Both the position numbers and the translations under genes were made by a program. From a candidate division WS6 bacterium GW2011_GWF2_39_15 (lineage in GTDB: Bacteria > Patescibacteriota > Dojkabacteria > SC72), in assembly GCA_000993565.1 (NCBI GenBank), contig LBWK01000001.1:492208-556207 (forward strand): a stretch of DNA of 64,000 nt, given 5' to 3'. This document shows positions 28,538 through 38,819 of this stretch, piece after piece. A model generated the notes under the pieces. The model saw only the letters and a program-made list of their open reading frames with translations, did not search any database and was not told the DNA's origin. Position 1 is the first letter of the stretch, and every line of letters begins with the position of its first letter.

Positions 28538-28834
28538 ATGACTGGTGAACAACCCGAAATAAGTAGAGAAGCGGTCACAGGATCAATAATGTTGGCCGCA
28601 AAAGAATTTGACTTTGTTAATCTCAACGATATTAGTCTATCCTTTCAGAATGGAAATATATATCCAACCGTTGCAAACGTCACAATTACTTTTAAACGAA
28701 ATGCTGAAATAAACCAAGGTGCAATTAGAAGGTCAATGGATTCGGTTGCCAGACAATTTAATGGTGCTATAGGAAAAGATGATATCGACAGTGACTACTA
28801 TATGTTCGATATAACATTTGGAGAAAGGTTCTAG
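28538..28834 (+). CDS. Hypothetical small protein
   Basis: 98-aa ORF with a clean boundary to the convergent giant gene. No domain recognised. Confidence 0.4.
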   Translation: MTGEQPEISREAVTGSIMLAAKEFDFVNLNDISLSFQNGNIYPTVANVTITFKRNAEINQGAIRRSMDSVARQFNGAIGKDDIDSDYYMFDITFGERF

Positions 28835-28837
28835 AAC

Positions 28838-31800
28838 CTATTTCCTTCTCACAGTAATATCCTTAGCTATCACCTTGCTCCCCTTCTCTGATATATTTAT
28901 AACTCCCGATCCATCTTCATATTTAACAACTTTATACTCACTGGAGACTAGTTCAAGCTCGTAAGCCCCTTTATACATAATGAACCGGTATCTCCCTAAC
29001 CTATCCGTTATTCTTTTCCCTACGTACCTATCAAATTTTAATTCCTTAATTGCTATAACAAGGTTGGGAACCGTTTTCCCCTTAACATCTCTGATCTCAC
29101 CAAACTTTACACGGTTACCAAAAAGAGTGGAAAAAAGCATAATCACCGCCGGTATATATAAACAGATGATAATAAAGTTCATTGTAGTTTGGTACCTGGT
29201 AACCGCATAAATTGCAAAAATAAGGCCGGACATGAAAACAACAAAATGTAGAAGTTTCAACAGAAAACTAATCCGCGACCTTGCAGATATACTAAGTGCC
29301 CTAGATCTATCCACTTTCAAAGGATCAAGGGGAATAATTACGTTAAGATCTTCCTTTCTACTCAACCTTATCAAATCTCCTTTGTAGATGGGTTCCAGCG
29401 GGTAATCTATCATCCCCTTTATTAGCTCTGTAGGATATTTATAGCCTCCCTTCTTGACTAAAAGCTTATATCTTCCTTTTGGCAGTTCCACATTAAAGGC
29501 TCCGTATACATCCGTAACGTCAGTCCATGCCAACTTGTCGTTAATATCATATATCCTCACAATAGCTCTTGATAGAGGCTCTTTTGTAACGGAATCATAC
29601 ACATATCCATATGGCTTCCCCCTCTTCCTAAATCCGAGGAACGAAAGTATGCTCAAAGAAATTTGCACGACATAATATGGTAGCGATGAGAATCCTCCTC
29701 CTAAAGCGGCCAAGCCTATTGTGACAGTTGCTGCCGTTGTAGTAGCTGTAACGACAGTGAGCTGGGGTTCCGGCAAAGTCCCAACCGTATTATCCAAAGC
29801 AATCTTAACACCATCTATCGCCTGTGCCGCCTGTTCAGGAGCGGCTTGAGTAACACTATTAACAACATTCTGTACAACTCTTACGATCACAGGATTCTGA
29901 TTTCCTGTGACAGGAGTTGGCTCAGGCTCTTCTTCCACCGGAGGCTCATTATCTTCAGGTTCTTCAACAACCTCACCGTTGCTCTCAACCTTCTCACCTA
30001 ATCCACCTGTTCCCGTTAATCCCTTTACGACCCAATAACTCACTCCGTTAATAACCGACACAGAAACTTCTACTTCTTTTCCGTTAATCTCAATAGTCTG
30101 GGGATACGGCCCGCTGAAAATAACGCTTCCTGCGCAATCGCTATTAACATCCTCAATACTCTCTGCTTTTGTACATAGTTTAAACCTGTTCGTTTCATCT
30201 TTGGGAACATACATTGTATATGTCCCTACAAATCCCGTATCATCCGGGAGATTAATGACAACCTTCCCTTCATAATTAGTAATTACTGCCTCGCTCCAGT
30301 CTCTGTTTGCATTAAACTCAACCGGTACATCGGCAATAATAAACTCCCCTTTCATTACACGAATATCCTTAACACCTCTCTGACTCCCTACATCCTCGGT
30401 CGGGTCGATATTTCCATTCTCTTTGAGCCTTAATTCCAATCCAAGAGGAACATTTTCAATTATTGCATTTGTCCCTAGAATTCTCCTTGTTCCTAAACCT
30501 GTTTGGACTCCTGCAGCATTTCTTGCATTAATTCTAAACGAATAGTCAGTAACTGGACTAAGGCCATAGATAGTAATCCCGTTTGATCCTCCGAACTCTG
30601 AGTATGTTCCCCAAACTACATTATCTATAAGCAGACCAGTAGATTTATCTAAATATCTCCTCGATGATTCTTCATATATCGAATACTCTACAGATGGATC
30701 ATTAAGCTCGGTATCGATACTTATTCTTACAGCACGAACCGTCACCGTATTTGCAGTTAAGACGCCAGGAACTGCCGCCAGTGTGTAGTTAACAAGACTC
30801 TGTGATGGAGCTGTTTCAACACCGTCTCCATTTCTTGCTTTTACAACAAACTCATACTTACCCCCAGGACTCAGATTTTTAAGTTGAACCCCTCTACTTG
30901 CCCCAAACTCTGAAGCCCTTCCCCATTTTGAAGTAGAGACAAGCTCACCGGTTCGGGGATCTATGAATCTGTTGGAAGAAACCTCAACCACACTAAACTC
31001 CGTTGTAGAAGGATTACCATTAGAGCTTAACGCCAGAAGGGAGGAATTAATAGTATTCTGAGACATAACAGCCTTTCCAGGAATAGCAGCCAATGTGTAG
31101 GCACTTGTTGCCTGCGAAACAGCAGACTCTATATTATCTCCATTCCTTGTATAAACAGCATATTCGTACTGCGTATTTATGCCAAGACCAGGGATTTCAA
31201 AACCCGTATCCCTACCCCAGTTAGTATAACTCCCCCATGCCTTGCTCAACTGCCAGGCTCCGCTCGCAAAATTAAAGTATAGCCCCGAAGAAACGTCTTT
31301 CAATGCGAAGGTTGTAACTTCAGGATTACCACCGTTATCTACAATTACCTTTATCTTGCTTTCAGACAGTGCTGTTACATTAGGTGATGCAGGGACAACA
31401 GCCAACGTATACACTTCTACGATACTTGAATTTCCCGTTACTAAAAGCTCCTCATTTCTTGCTTTAACAGCAAAACTATACTGTGCATTTGCGAACAGAT
31501 CCCTGATTGTTACACCATTGCTTCCTCCAAAGTTTGAGTATGTGCCCCATGACTCTGTAGTAGAGAGATCTCCGGTAGAGTAATCGACATATAGACCCGA
31601 TACTGTCTCGGTCAGAAGATATTTGGTATTTAAAGGATTAAGACCATTCCCGATCTTTACATTCAGTTGTGATGTAGAAGAAGCCGAAGCAGAAGCAACT
31701 ACGGGTTGTGCCGCGGGAGTATAAATACTAACCGTCTGACTGAAATCACTTCGTCCATTGGTATTGTACGCAGCAATTTTTCTTGTGTATTGAGTATTAG

Positions 31801-34800
31801 GAACTAAGCCGTATTCAGTACAGCTTGATCCCGCAGCTCCCACGCATTCAACCTTTTGAACTCCATTTTCATCAAAGACCCGATATCCATGATCATTTGC
31901 TTCATTATCTGTAAAATTCCACTGAATAGAAGAGGAGGATAGCAGTGTGGGAGTTCCAATTGTGGGAGCATTGAGTGACACAACAAAATCTTCACCCAAG
32001 CTAAATGATGTCTCAACACCGTCTCCATTTCGTGCTTTGGATACAAACTGGTAAGCCGTTCCTGAGCTTAATCCGGAAACATTCAAACCGTTACTACCTC
32101 CCCAGCTGTTATAGACAGCCCAGACGGGAGTTACAGATGTACTCCCATCAACATCCATATACACAGACGTAGTGCTGTTATATAGAGCAAACTCGGTATT
32201 TGACGGATTACCATTTGGCTGAACCTTCACATTTACTGTATCGCTACTTACCTGTGTCACTGTTGGAGCAGCCGGCACTAATGCATGAGTGTACTTACTA
32301 AGAATTACAGAGAAGTCAGTAACAACATTCTCACCATTACGTGCCCGAGCTTTAATACTATATAAAGTATTAGGAGATAACCCGGTTAATCCTAAACCGG
32401 ACCCCTCTCCTACCTCTACATATGTCCCCCATGATGTCGACGTGGAGGATGTTAATGTTCCGTTACTTACATCAATATTAAGACCTGACGCCTCTTCTCT
32501 TAGCTGGAACTCCGTTGATGCAGGGTTAGATGCCGAATCAACAACAGCTACCAGTACGGACGAGGAGCTAGGTATCAAGGATGTAAGAGCTGGCGTGTTA
32601 GCACGGGTATATCTAGATACTACAGGAGAATACCCTGTTTCAACCCCGTCGTTATTCTGTGCTTTAACCTCAAATGTATATCTGACATTTGCAGACAAAC
32701 CACTCAATATTAATCCCGAACCACTTCCCCACTGGGTATAATCTCCCCATGCAGGAGTATCGGCAAGAAGACCTGTTGAAGTATCTACAAATTTGTTTGT
32801 TGTAGTCTCATGAACCGCATATTGAGTACCGACGGGATTAGACTGAGTATTAATTGTAATCCTCAAGGAGGTATTTGAGACAGAGGTGATACTCGTAAGT
32901 GTAGGCCCGGTGGCATGCGTATATATATCTACCGGTACACTATACAAGGTTTCAACACCGACACTATTTCGTGCTTTTGTTTCCAAACTATACTGGGTAT
33001 TTGGCAAAAGCCCTGTAATACTTATGTCAGAATCACTCGCACTTCTCGCAAACCACGTAGGATTAACAACTAACGTACCGGTTACAGGGTCAACATACTT
33101 ACCGGAGTTGATTTCATAAACCGCAATCTCTGTTCCATCAGGATTACTATTCAGGTTAGTTCCAAAAGCAATAGTTCCAAGTCCTGCTGTAACATTTGTC
33201 AAAGACGGAACCGCTGCTTTAGTAACTTCGGTATCAGTAGTACTGAAAGCACTCTCTGTATTGGCATTGTAGACCTTAACCTTTCGTGTATATGAACTGT
33301 TGGGGTTAAGTCCAGTCTCATCACAATACGGGCTCTCAAACGACGGGCAGTCAACCATTATATTCCCATTCCCATCATATACTCTCACACCAAGTCCAGC
33401 TCCATTTGGATTTATAAAAGCCCATCTGATTGTATTAGGACCCGTTGACGATCCTGTCAGGTCTGTCGGGGTATCCCAGAGCGTATATGTGGAAACATTT
33501 GAAGCAGCATTAACTTCTACGCTATCACCGTTTCTCGCTATAATGAAGAAGGTTGCCAGCTCTCCCGGATTAAAACCTGATACTTCAACTCCGTTCTCGC
33601 TATTCCAGTTCAGATATATATTCCACTCGGGAGTGACAGAGAGGGTTCCCAAAGCTGTCACATAACGGCTTTTAATTGTCTCAAAGATTGAATATTCCAC
33701 ATTGCTCGGATTGCTATTAGGGCTAACTGTAACTTTAACGGTATCCATGTCGACTGGCGAAGCCGTCATTGAAGGTACGTATACGCTTGTATAAACAGGT
33801 AAATCAGGTGAAAAGAGTGTTTCAAGGGCATCTCCATTCCTAACTTTTGCCTTAAAGGTATACAAAGTGTTTGGTTGCAATCCGGTGAAGCTATATGGCA
33901 GCACACTTACCCATTCATTACCCCCAGCCGGGCAGTTCTGGCTTACACACTCAAAGTATATTCCGCTTGAATCGCTAGAAAGATTGGCACCATTACTAAT
34001 ATCCAAACTGATCTGATTAGTCGCTAAGGAACTCACATACACATCCGGTACCTCTGCAACGGTGTAAACGACCACAGGATCTGATTCAGCAGTTTCCACA
34101 CCATCCCCGTTCCTTGCAACTACTGAGAATGTGTACTGAGTATTCATTGAAAGGCCTGTAAAATTGACCTGATCATCTATAATCCACTGGCTTAAAGCCG
34201 GATCACAGTCTTCAGGTATACAATTGTAAAAGAGTGCTGTTCCATCAACTCCAAGATTTGTTACCCCGGTAGTAACTACATTTATCCCCCCGGCTGTAAC
34301 ACTGGAAACAGAGAGTGTTGGAGTATTTGCCAATGTATAACGGATAGTATCGTACGCTGCGTCACTATCACCGTTCGCGTTATATGCAATGACATATCTT
34401 GTGTACTGAGTATTAACCGAGAGTCCTGTTTCATCACAGTACGAAATATTAGGAGTTGGGCAATCTGCTTTGACTGCTCCAAAACTATCTACAATTTTAA
34501 AACCTGTTTCATTATATGAGCTGTCTATAAAGTTCCATCGAATTGAACTTGTAGACAAAGCTTCTGCAGCAACGGTTACCGGAGCGGCAGGGACATTGGA
34601 TGCCTCCGCCCCTATTGTAGCGGAAACGCCATAGGCTGTATTGTCGTTTTTCTGAGCGAAAAGGACATCAAAGTAGGGAGGAAGGGACGATTGAGAATCT
34701 GTTGTTGCTGAACAGGAATGCGTATGCGTGGCACCCGCAAGACTTACTGAGTTTGCCCCACTGCTTGTAGTTGCTGAAGGGACACCGGTTGTTATATCCA

Positions 34801-36751
34801 AAGAGTGTGAATGTGTACTACTCCCGCCTGTTCCTCCAGATACAGCAGCCCCCCTTGGGAATTTATCGTCAAGAGCAGATATACGGTTCCACCCTAATGG
34901 AGGGACACTGTCTACAATCATAATTGTTCCTGTGGGTATCGATCCGTCAGCATCCTTTGAAGCAAACAATATATCCTGATACGGTGGAAGATTATTTGCA
35001 GAGCTGGTTGTACCATTATTGGTTGTGTGAGTATGAATGGAAGCAAATATATTCGATAAAGCAGTCGGATATCTTACTACTATAATTCCTGATCCACCTG
35101 CTTTACCATAAGAGCTTGTATTACCACCTCCACCACCGCCCGCCCCAGTATTAGCCGTGCCCGCTGTAGAAGGAGTTCCACTACCTCGGCCACGACCTCC
35201 TCCATGTTGACCCCATCCACCCGTCCACCCTGATTGTTCAGCTTCAGTATTAACGCCGCCGCCACCACCACCACCGTAATACGCCCCCATGATATTGCTA
35301 TACACTCCAGTACCGCCAAGCCCACCTCGACCGTTAGCACCACCACCACCTGCACCCCCTGCACCACCACCACCACCGGTAGATACACAATTAGGAGCAT
35401 AACAGTCATAATCTGTATACTGTGCACCACCTGCATAACCGGAACCACTTGCAAACCCCCCGGCAGCTCCCTGTCCTGGCGCAGAGGAAATTAACGATGA
35501 AAAAGAGGATGCAGTACCTGCATAGTGTGCGGCACCACCGGCACCGACCGTAGCTACATAGCCTGTCCCGGCACTGACCGCAACTGTTTGTTCCTTCACC
35601 TGACCGCCACCTCCACCACGACCGGCACCAGTGACAGCATAACCTCCACCCCCACCCCCAACAACAAGGACATCCACATTTCCAGAACCATAGGCCGTAA
35701 AAGTTCCAGTTGACGTAAACGTATGAAGAGTATACGAACCGGAAGTCGTAACCGTGCCACCGGAGGCAAAAGCGGTAGATGTACTGTTTATAGTTCCTGC
35801 ACTGCTTGTAAGTGTACCTCCCGTAAATGAATGAGTGTGCGTCTCTGATCCGCCGCTTCCCCCTGCTGTCGCTTCTGATTTAACAAATTTGTCATCTAAG
35901 TCAGTAAAACGGGTCCATCCAGACGGAATGGTACCTGAGAACATGGAGATAAGCCCTGACTTTAGAGAAAAGTCGGAGGAACCGCATAATAGCAAATCGC
36001 GAAACGGAGGAATTACATTCGAAGCCGTTTCGACAGTTACAGTTGCTCCCGTGTGTGTATGAGAAGCATTTGCCGAGGAAACCGAACCAGCATTCCCTCC
36101 GCTTCCTGTAGCACCTACTGGTGCTCCCGTTGCACAGCTCGCATTTGAATGAGAATGTGATGTAGATCCTCCCGTTATCCCATACACCGCCCCTCCACGT
36201 AGTAGTTTCCCGTCAGCAGCGATATTCCTAACCCATCCAGCTGGACATGCTACGGAAGAAAGAGTGTAGATGTTTTGATTCCATACCTCCTCGGCATTAG
36301 CCGCCGATCCGTTTCCATAGTACATATATATAGACGTGCCCCCGTCTGGTACATCAGGAACCCTAACCCAAATCTGAGTGTCTGTCGTATTACATCCCGT
36401 TTCTATCCAATATTGAAGCTGAGTAGTATCATCACTGTCAACAAATCTAATATCATCACAGTCTGCTTGTATCTTATTTTCACCAATCAATGTTTGCGTA
36501 TCAACACTTACTAATACATCATAATTGGATAACGGAGCCCCTGTGTATGAGATATCAACAGGTTTTCGATACTCCCATGCGTTATCAAACCACGATTGAG
36601 CAGGTTTAATGAAGTTATCAAGGAAAAGAATTGTAATAGGAGTAACAACAAGAATGATGAAGAGGAGAAAAAATGATAACCACTTAGGAGCAGTCTTCAA
36701 TCTCACAAAAAGAGATTCTTTAGTTGAAGAACCCTGGGGAATCATCATCAA
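28838..36751 (-). CDS. Giant cell-surface protein: N-terminal TM anchor, DUF2341-like domain, three phage tail-collar-like repeats with HxH motifs, Gly-rich region, long FN3/Ig-like repeat array, C-terminal TM segments and CarboxypepD_reg-like beta-sandwich domains
   Basis: 2637 aa in one ORF. Residues about 55-160: WEYRKPVDISY...IWVRVPDVPDGGTSIYMYYGNG (DUF2341 pattern). Residues about 168-700: three units of P-x-GW-x-R...LDDKF...GG(T/S)GGS-x-THxHS...LPPY-x-D-(I/V)-LF. Residues about 360-560 are Gly-rich. Residues about 720-2150 hold around 14 beta-sandwich repeats of about 95 aa ending ...Y(T/S)(F/R)xVxARNxxG(V/D)ET. The C-terminus has two hydrophobic segments and GKPYGYVYDS...KGRYKLLVKKGGYKY / RLGRYRFIMYKGAYELELV (CarboxypepD_reg-like). 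Confidence 0.85.
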   Translation of the reverse strand: MMMIPQGSSTKESLFVRLKTAPKWLSFFLLFIILVVTPITILFLDNFIKPAQSWFDNAWEYRKPVDISYTGAPLSNYDVLVSVDTQTLIGENKIQADCDDIRFVDSDDTTQLQYWIETGCNTTDTQIWVRVPDVPDGGTSIYMYYGNGSAANAEEVWNQNIYTLSSVACPAGWVRNIAADGKLLRGGAVYGITGGSTSHSHSNASCATGAPVGATGSGGNAGSVSSANASHTHTGATVTVETASNVIPPFRDLLLCGSSDFSLKSGLISMFSGTIPSGWTRFTDLDDKFVKSEATAGGSGGSETHTHSFTGGTLTSSAGTINSTSTAFASGGTVTTSGSYTLHTFTSTGTFTAYGSGNVDVLVVGGGGGGYAVTGAGRGGGGGQVKEQTVAVSAGTGYVATVGAGGAAHYAGTASSFSSLISSAPGQGAAGGFASGSGYAGGAQYTDYDCYAPNCVSTGGGGGAGGAGGGGANGRGGLGGTGVYSNIMGAYYGGGGGGGVNTEAEQSGWTGGWGQHGGGRGRGSGTPSTAGTANTGAGGGGGGNTSSYGKAGGSGIIVVRYPTALSNIFASIHTHTTNNGTTSSANNLPPYQDILFASKDADGSIPTGTIMIVDSVPPLGWNRISALDDKFPRGAAVSGGTGGSSTHSHSLDITTGVPSATTSSGANSVSLAGATHTHSCSATTDSQSSLPPYFDVLFAQKNDNTAYGVSATIGAEASNVPAAPVTVAAEALSTSSIRWNFIDSSYNETGFKIVDSFGAVKADCPTPNISYCDETGLSVNTQYTRYVIAYNANGDSDAAYDTIRYTLANTPTLSVSSVTAGGINVVTTGVTNLGVDGTALFYNCIPEDCDPALSQWIIDDQVNFTGLSMNTQYTFSVVARNGDGVETAESDPVVVYTVAEVPDVYVSSLATNQISLDISNGANLSSDSSGIYFECVSQNCPAGGNEWVSVLPYSFTGLQPNTLYTFKAKVRNGDALETLFSPDLPVYTSVYVPSMTASPVDMDTVKVTVSPNSNPSNVEYSIFETIKSRYVTALGTLSVTPEWNIYLNWNSENGVEVSGFNPGELATFFIIARNGDSVEVNAASNVSTYTLWDTPTDLTGSSTGPNTIRWAFINPNGAGLGVRVYDGNGNIMVDCPSFESPYCDETGLNPNSSYTRKVKVYNANTESAFSTTDTEVTKAAVPSLTNVTAGLGTIAFGTNLNSNPDGTEIAVYEINSGKYVDPVTGTLVVNPTWFARSASDSDISITGLLPNTQYSLETKARNSVGVETLYSVPVDIYTHATGPTLTSITSVSNTSLRITINTQSNPVGTQYAVHETTTNKFVDTSTGLLADTPAWGDYTQWGSGSGLILSGLSANVRYTFEVKAQNNDGVETGYSPVVSRYTRANTPALTSLIPSSSSVLVAVVDSASNPASTEFQLREEASGLNIDVSNGTLTSSTSTSWGTYVEVGEGSGLGLTGLSPNTLYSIKARARNGENVVTDFSVILSKYTHALVPAAPTVTQVSSDTVNVKVQPNGNPSNTEFALYNSTTSVYMDVDGSTSVTPVWAVYNSWGGSNGLNVSGLSSGTAYQFVSKARNGDGVETSFSLGEDFVVSLNAPTIGTPTLLSSSSIQWNFTDNEANDHGYRVFDENGVQKVECVGAAGSSCTEYGLVPNTQYTRKIAAYNTNGRSDFSQTVSIYTPAAQPVVASASASSTSQLNVKIGNGLNPLNTKYLLTETVSGLYVDYSTGDLSTTESWGTYSNFGGSNGVTIRDLFANAQYSFAVKARNEELLVTGNSSIVEVYTLAVVPASPNVTALSESKIKVIVDNGGNPEVTTFALKDVSSGLYFNFASGAWQLSKAWGSYTNWGRDTGFEIPGLGINTQYEYAVYTRNGDNIESAVSQATSAYTLAAIPGKAVMSQNTINSSLLALSSNGNPSTTEFSVVEVSSNRFIDPRTGELVSTSKWGRASEFGASRGVQLKNLSPGGKYEFVVKARNGDGVETAPSQSLVNYTLAAVPGVLTANTVTVRAVRISIDTELNDPSVEYSIYEESSRRYLDKSTGLLIDNVVWGTYSEFGGSNGITIYGLSPVTDYSFRINARNAAGVQTGLGTRRILGTNAIIENVPLGLELRLKENGNIDPTEDVGSQRGVKDIRVMKGEFIIADVPVEFNANRDWSEAVITNYEGKVVINLPDDTGFVGTYTMYVPKDETNRFKLCTKAESIEDVNSDCAGSVIFSGPYPQTIEINGKEVEVSVSVINGVSYWVVKGLTGTGGLGEKVESNGEVVEEPEDNEPPVEEEPEPTPVTGNQNPVIVRVVQNVVNSVTQAAPEQAAQAIDGVKIALDNTVGTLPEPQLTVVTATTTAATVTIGLAALGGGFSSLPYYVVQISLSILSFLGFRKRGKPYGYVYDSVTKEPLSRAIVRIYDINDKLAWTDVTDVYGAFNVELPKGRYKLLVKKGGYKYPTELIKGMIDYPLEPIYKGDLIRLSRKEDLNVIIPLDPLKVDRSRALSISARSRISFLLKLLHFVVFMSGLIFAIYAVTRYQTTMNFIIICLYIPAVIMLFSTLFGNRVKFGEIRDVKGKTVPNLVIAIKELKFDRYVGKRITDRLGRYRFIMYKGAYELELVSSEYKVVKYEDGSGVINISEKGSKVIAKDITVRRK

Positions 36752-36840
36752 GCAGTATTGTTATATAACCTGCTAATACTTTAAAAGTTTTGTTGTTGGA
36801 AGTCAATAAACTTGTAGTAGGGAGAACATAAAATGCAGCC

Positions 36841-37233
36841 CTATTTCTCAACACCTTCTAATTTAATAACATCCCTTCTCATAGGGCTTTCTCCTCCTGT
36901 TATAAAAATTTCTAGATTTTTTCCTGTTGCCCGAAAGGTAACCCAGAAATCAGGAGCAACGACGACACCATTTTTTATAGTTCCTCCGCTTGCACTTAAC
37001 AGTTCAATTCTTACCCACTGCCGAACTGGTATTTCTGATTTTCTAAATTCTTCCAGTGACATATCAAACTCAGGCGGAATATTATCCTGCAGATCAAAAC
37101 GTACTTGTTTTGCCTCTTTCACCGGCCTCCCATTTATACTTGCAGCACCAACTGGCGTATAATCATAAAGATTAAGGTGCTCATGTAAACTTTCAAAACT
37201 TTGTTCTCCTTCTCCCATAATTTTATTAGACAA
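36841..37233 (-). CDS. Hypothetical protein, co-directional and probably co-transcribed with the giant gene
   Basis: 130-aa soluble ORF. Confidence 0.45.
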   Translation of the reverse strand: MSNKIMGEGEQSFESLHEHLNLYDYTPVGAASINGRPVKEAKQVRFDLQDNIPPEFDMSLEEFRKSEIPVRQWVRIELLSASGGTIKNGVVVAPDFWVTFRATGKNLEIFITGGESPMRRDVIKLEGVEK

Positions 37234-37248
37234 ATTTAATATTCTTAA

Positions 37249-37755
37249 TTATACAACACCTAAGTAATCTCCTCCCTCTAAGCCTGTATCTATCATCGTG
37301 TATCCTTCAAGCTCAAATGTAAAAAGAACAAGATGAGAAAGAAGTACTCCCTTTGGAGTTACAAACTGTTCAACAACCCCACCGCTAGGCATATCTGAAG
37401 CGCTTACAAAAAGGTGAACCTGTTTGGGAGTTTCGCCCTTTCGTTTGGAAATATTACCTTCATTTACAATAAATATACCGTTATGGTCCCTGCTTATTAA
37501 GTACCCCTTCTTTATTCCTCCACCAATTATTCCTTGAAATGCAGAGAGAATTTCGTCTGGGTTTCCTTTTCTTTGATTACGCAAAGCATCAACATAAGGA
37601 ACTCTGTCTTGTATTGTACGATAGAACAACGGGATAAAAATTCCGTTTCTAATTATTCCGCCTCGAGCCTTCGCCCCATCAGGGCCTTCATAGGTTTCAA
37701 CAAGGGATATACATTGTCGATATAATCCCTCTCTTTCGTTATTCTCAAAGTTCAT
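37249..37755 (-). CDS. Hypothetical protein, first gene of the putative three-gene unit ending in the giant gene
   Basis: 168-aa soluble ORF. Confidence 0.45.
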   Translation of the reverse strand: MNFENNEREGLYRQCISLVETYEGPDGAKARGGIIRNGIFIPLFYRTIQDRVPYVDALRNQRKGNPDEILSAFQGIIGGGIKKGYLISRDHNGIFIVNEGNISKRKGETPKQVHLFVSASDMPSGGVVEQFVTPKGVLLSHLVLFTFELEGYTMIDTGLEGGDYLGVV

Positions 37756-37947
37756 CCTTAAAGATCAAAAAGAAATTAAAAAGCCAAACCTTACTCGACT
37801 TAACACAATCATTATGAATATATTATACACTATGAGCTAGTCCTAACTTCGAAAGAATACCAAATAGGCGATTCTCTAACGGGTGGATGGACAACTCTCT
37901 CTTCAAAATGTACGATTAGTTGTTAAATTCATAAAACTACCCGTACA

Positions 37948-38730
37948 ATGGAAGAGAGCAAAAAGAGATTTCCTTCTTGGATCTTCTATATCCTCACCTT
38001 TATTTTAGGATTAACATTGGGAGCACTTTCCCTCTACCTTCTTGAATACACAGGCACCACTACCCTGATCAAACAGAAGACAGCATCAGAATCCAAAGAC
38101 ACCGACACCCAAAACACACAAAAAGATTCTTCAACTCCAACTCCGGCAACAACATCTGCATACACAGGAACATATATATCAGGACAGCTTCCTACAGGAT
38201 GGAGAATCGTTGAATATACAGATAACACAGGAAGCGATATGTTAGTAGGCGGGACTACATATTCAGGATTGGTAGGGCTAAAGATATTTAATAACAATGA
38301 CGTTGAGATGTTTCGACTTAAGGCCGTCGATGGTATTGGAGGTACAGAGGGATGCGAGACAGTATATCGATTTTCTGATTCAGACCAAGCATATTTAGAT
38401 CATGGAAATGACTGGACCCTTGCCACGGGAGTAGTTCCTTCAAATGTTATTAATCTAACTACCTCCACTTACACCGAGTACAATCTTCTAGGATGGGAAG
38501 TGAGACGGGTTGCAAGTGATCTATATAGAAATATGAATTCTAATCTTCCAGGGTTTAATCCTGCATGCGGTATTGATGTTCACTTGAAGATTACAAACCT
38601 TGCATACAATAGACAGACTCCGGCCGGAATAACTTCTGGAAATACATACTACATGTCTATTTCAAGTACGGTTGATACAACTCAGCTGGAAGAGTTGGAC
38701 GGTGTATTACAGAGTTTGAGTGTAAATTAA
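37948..38730 (+). CDS. Hypothetical secreted Thr-rich protein
   Basis: 260 aa. N-terminal TM/signal (IFYILTFILGLTLGALSLYLL), TPTPATTSAYTGTY linker. Confidence 0.5.
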   Translation: MEESKKRFPSWIFYILTFILGLTLGALSLYLLEYTGTTTLIKQKTASESKDTDTQNTQKDSSTPTPATTSAYTGTYISGQLPTGWRIVEYTDNTGSDMLVGGTTYSGLVGLKIFNNNDVEMFRLKAVDGIGGTEGCETVYRFSDSDQAYLDHGNDWTLATGVVPSNVINLTTSTYTEYNLLGWEVRRVASDLYRNMNSNLPGFNPACGIDVHLKITNLAYNRQTPAGITSGNTYYMSISSTVDTTQLEELDGVLQSLSVN

Positions 38731-38819
38731 ACTATCTCTTCCTTTAAAACAATACTACACTCCTAAGCTAGCTTCGAGAAAGTTAAGTAACCTTTCTGGA
38801 TGATAACGTATAATTAAAT

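Noticed and set aside
35071-35671. Highly repetitive GGT/GGC-rich DNA, considered as a tandem repeat or low-complexity non-coding insert. The antisense ORFs 35080..35454 and 35234..35494 lie within it.
   Set aside because: The region is in frame within the 2637-aa ORF and encodes its poly-Gly segment. The antisense ORFs are shadows of the Gly codons.
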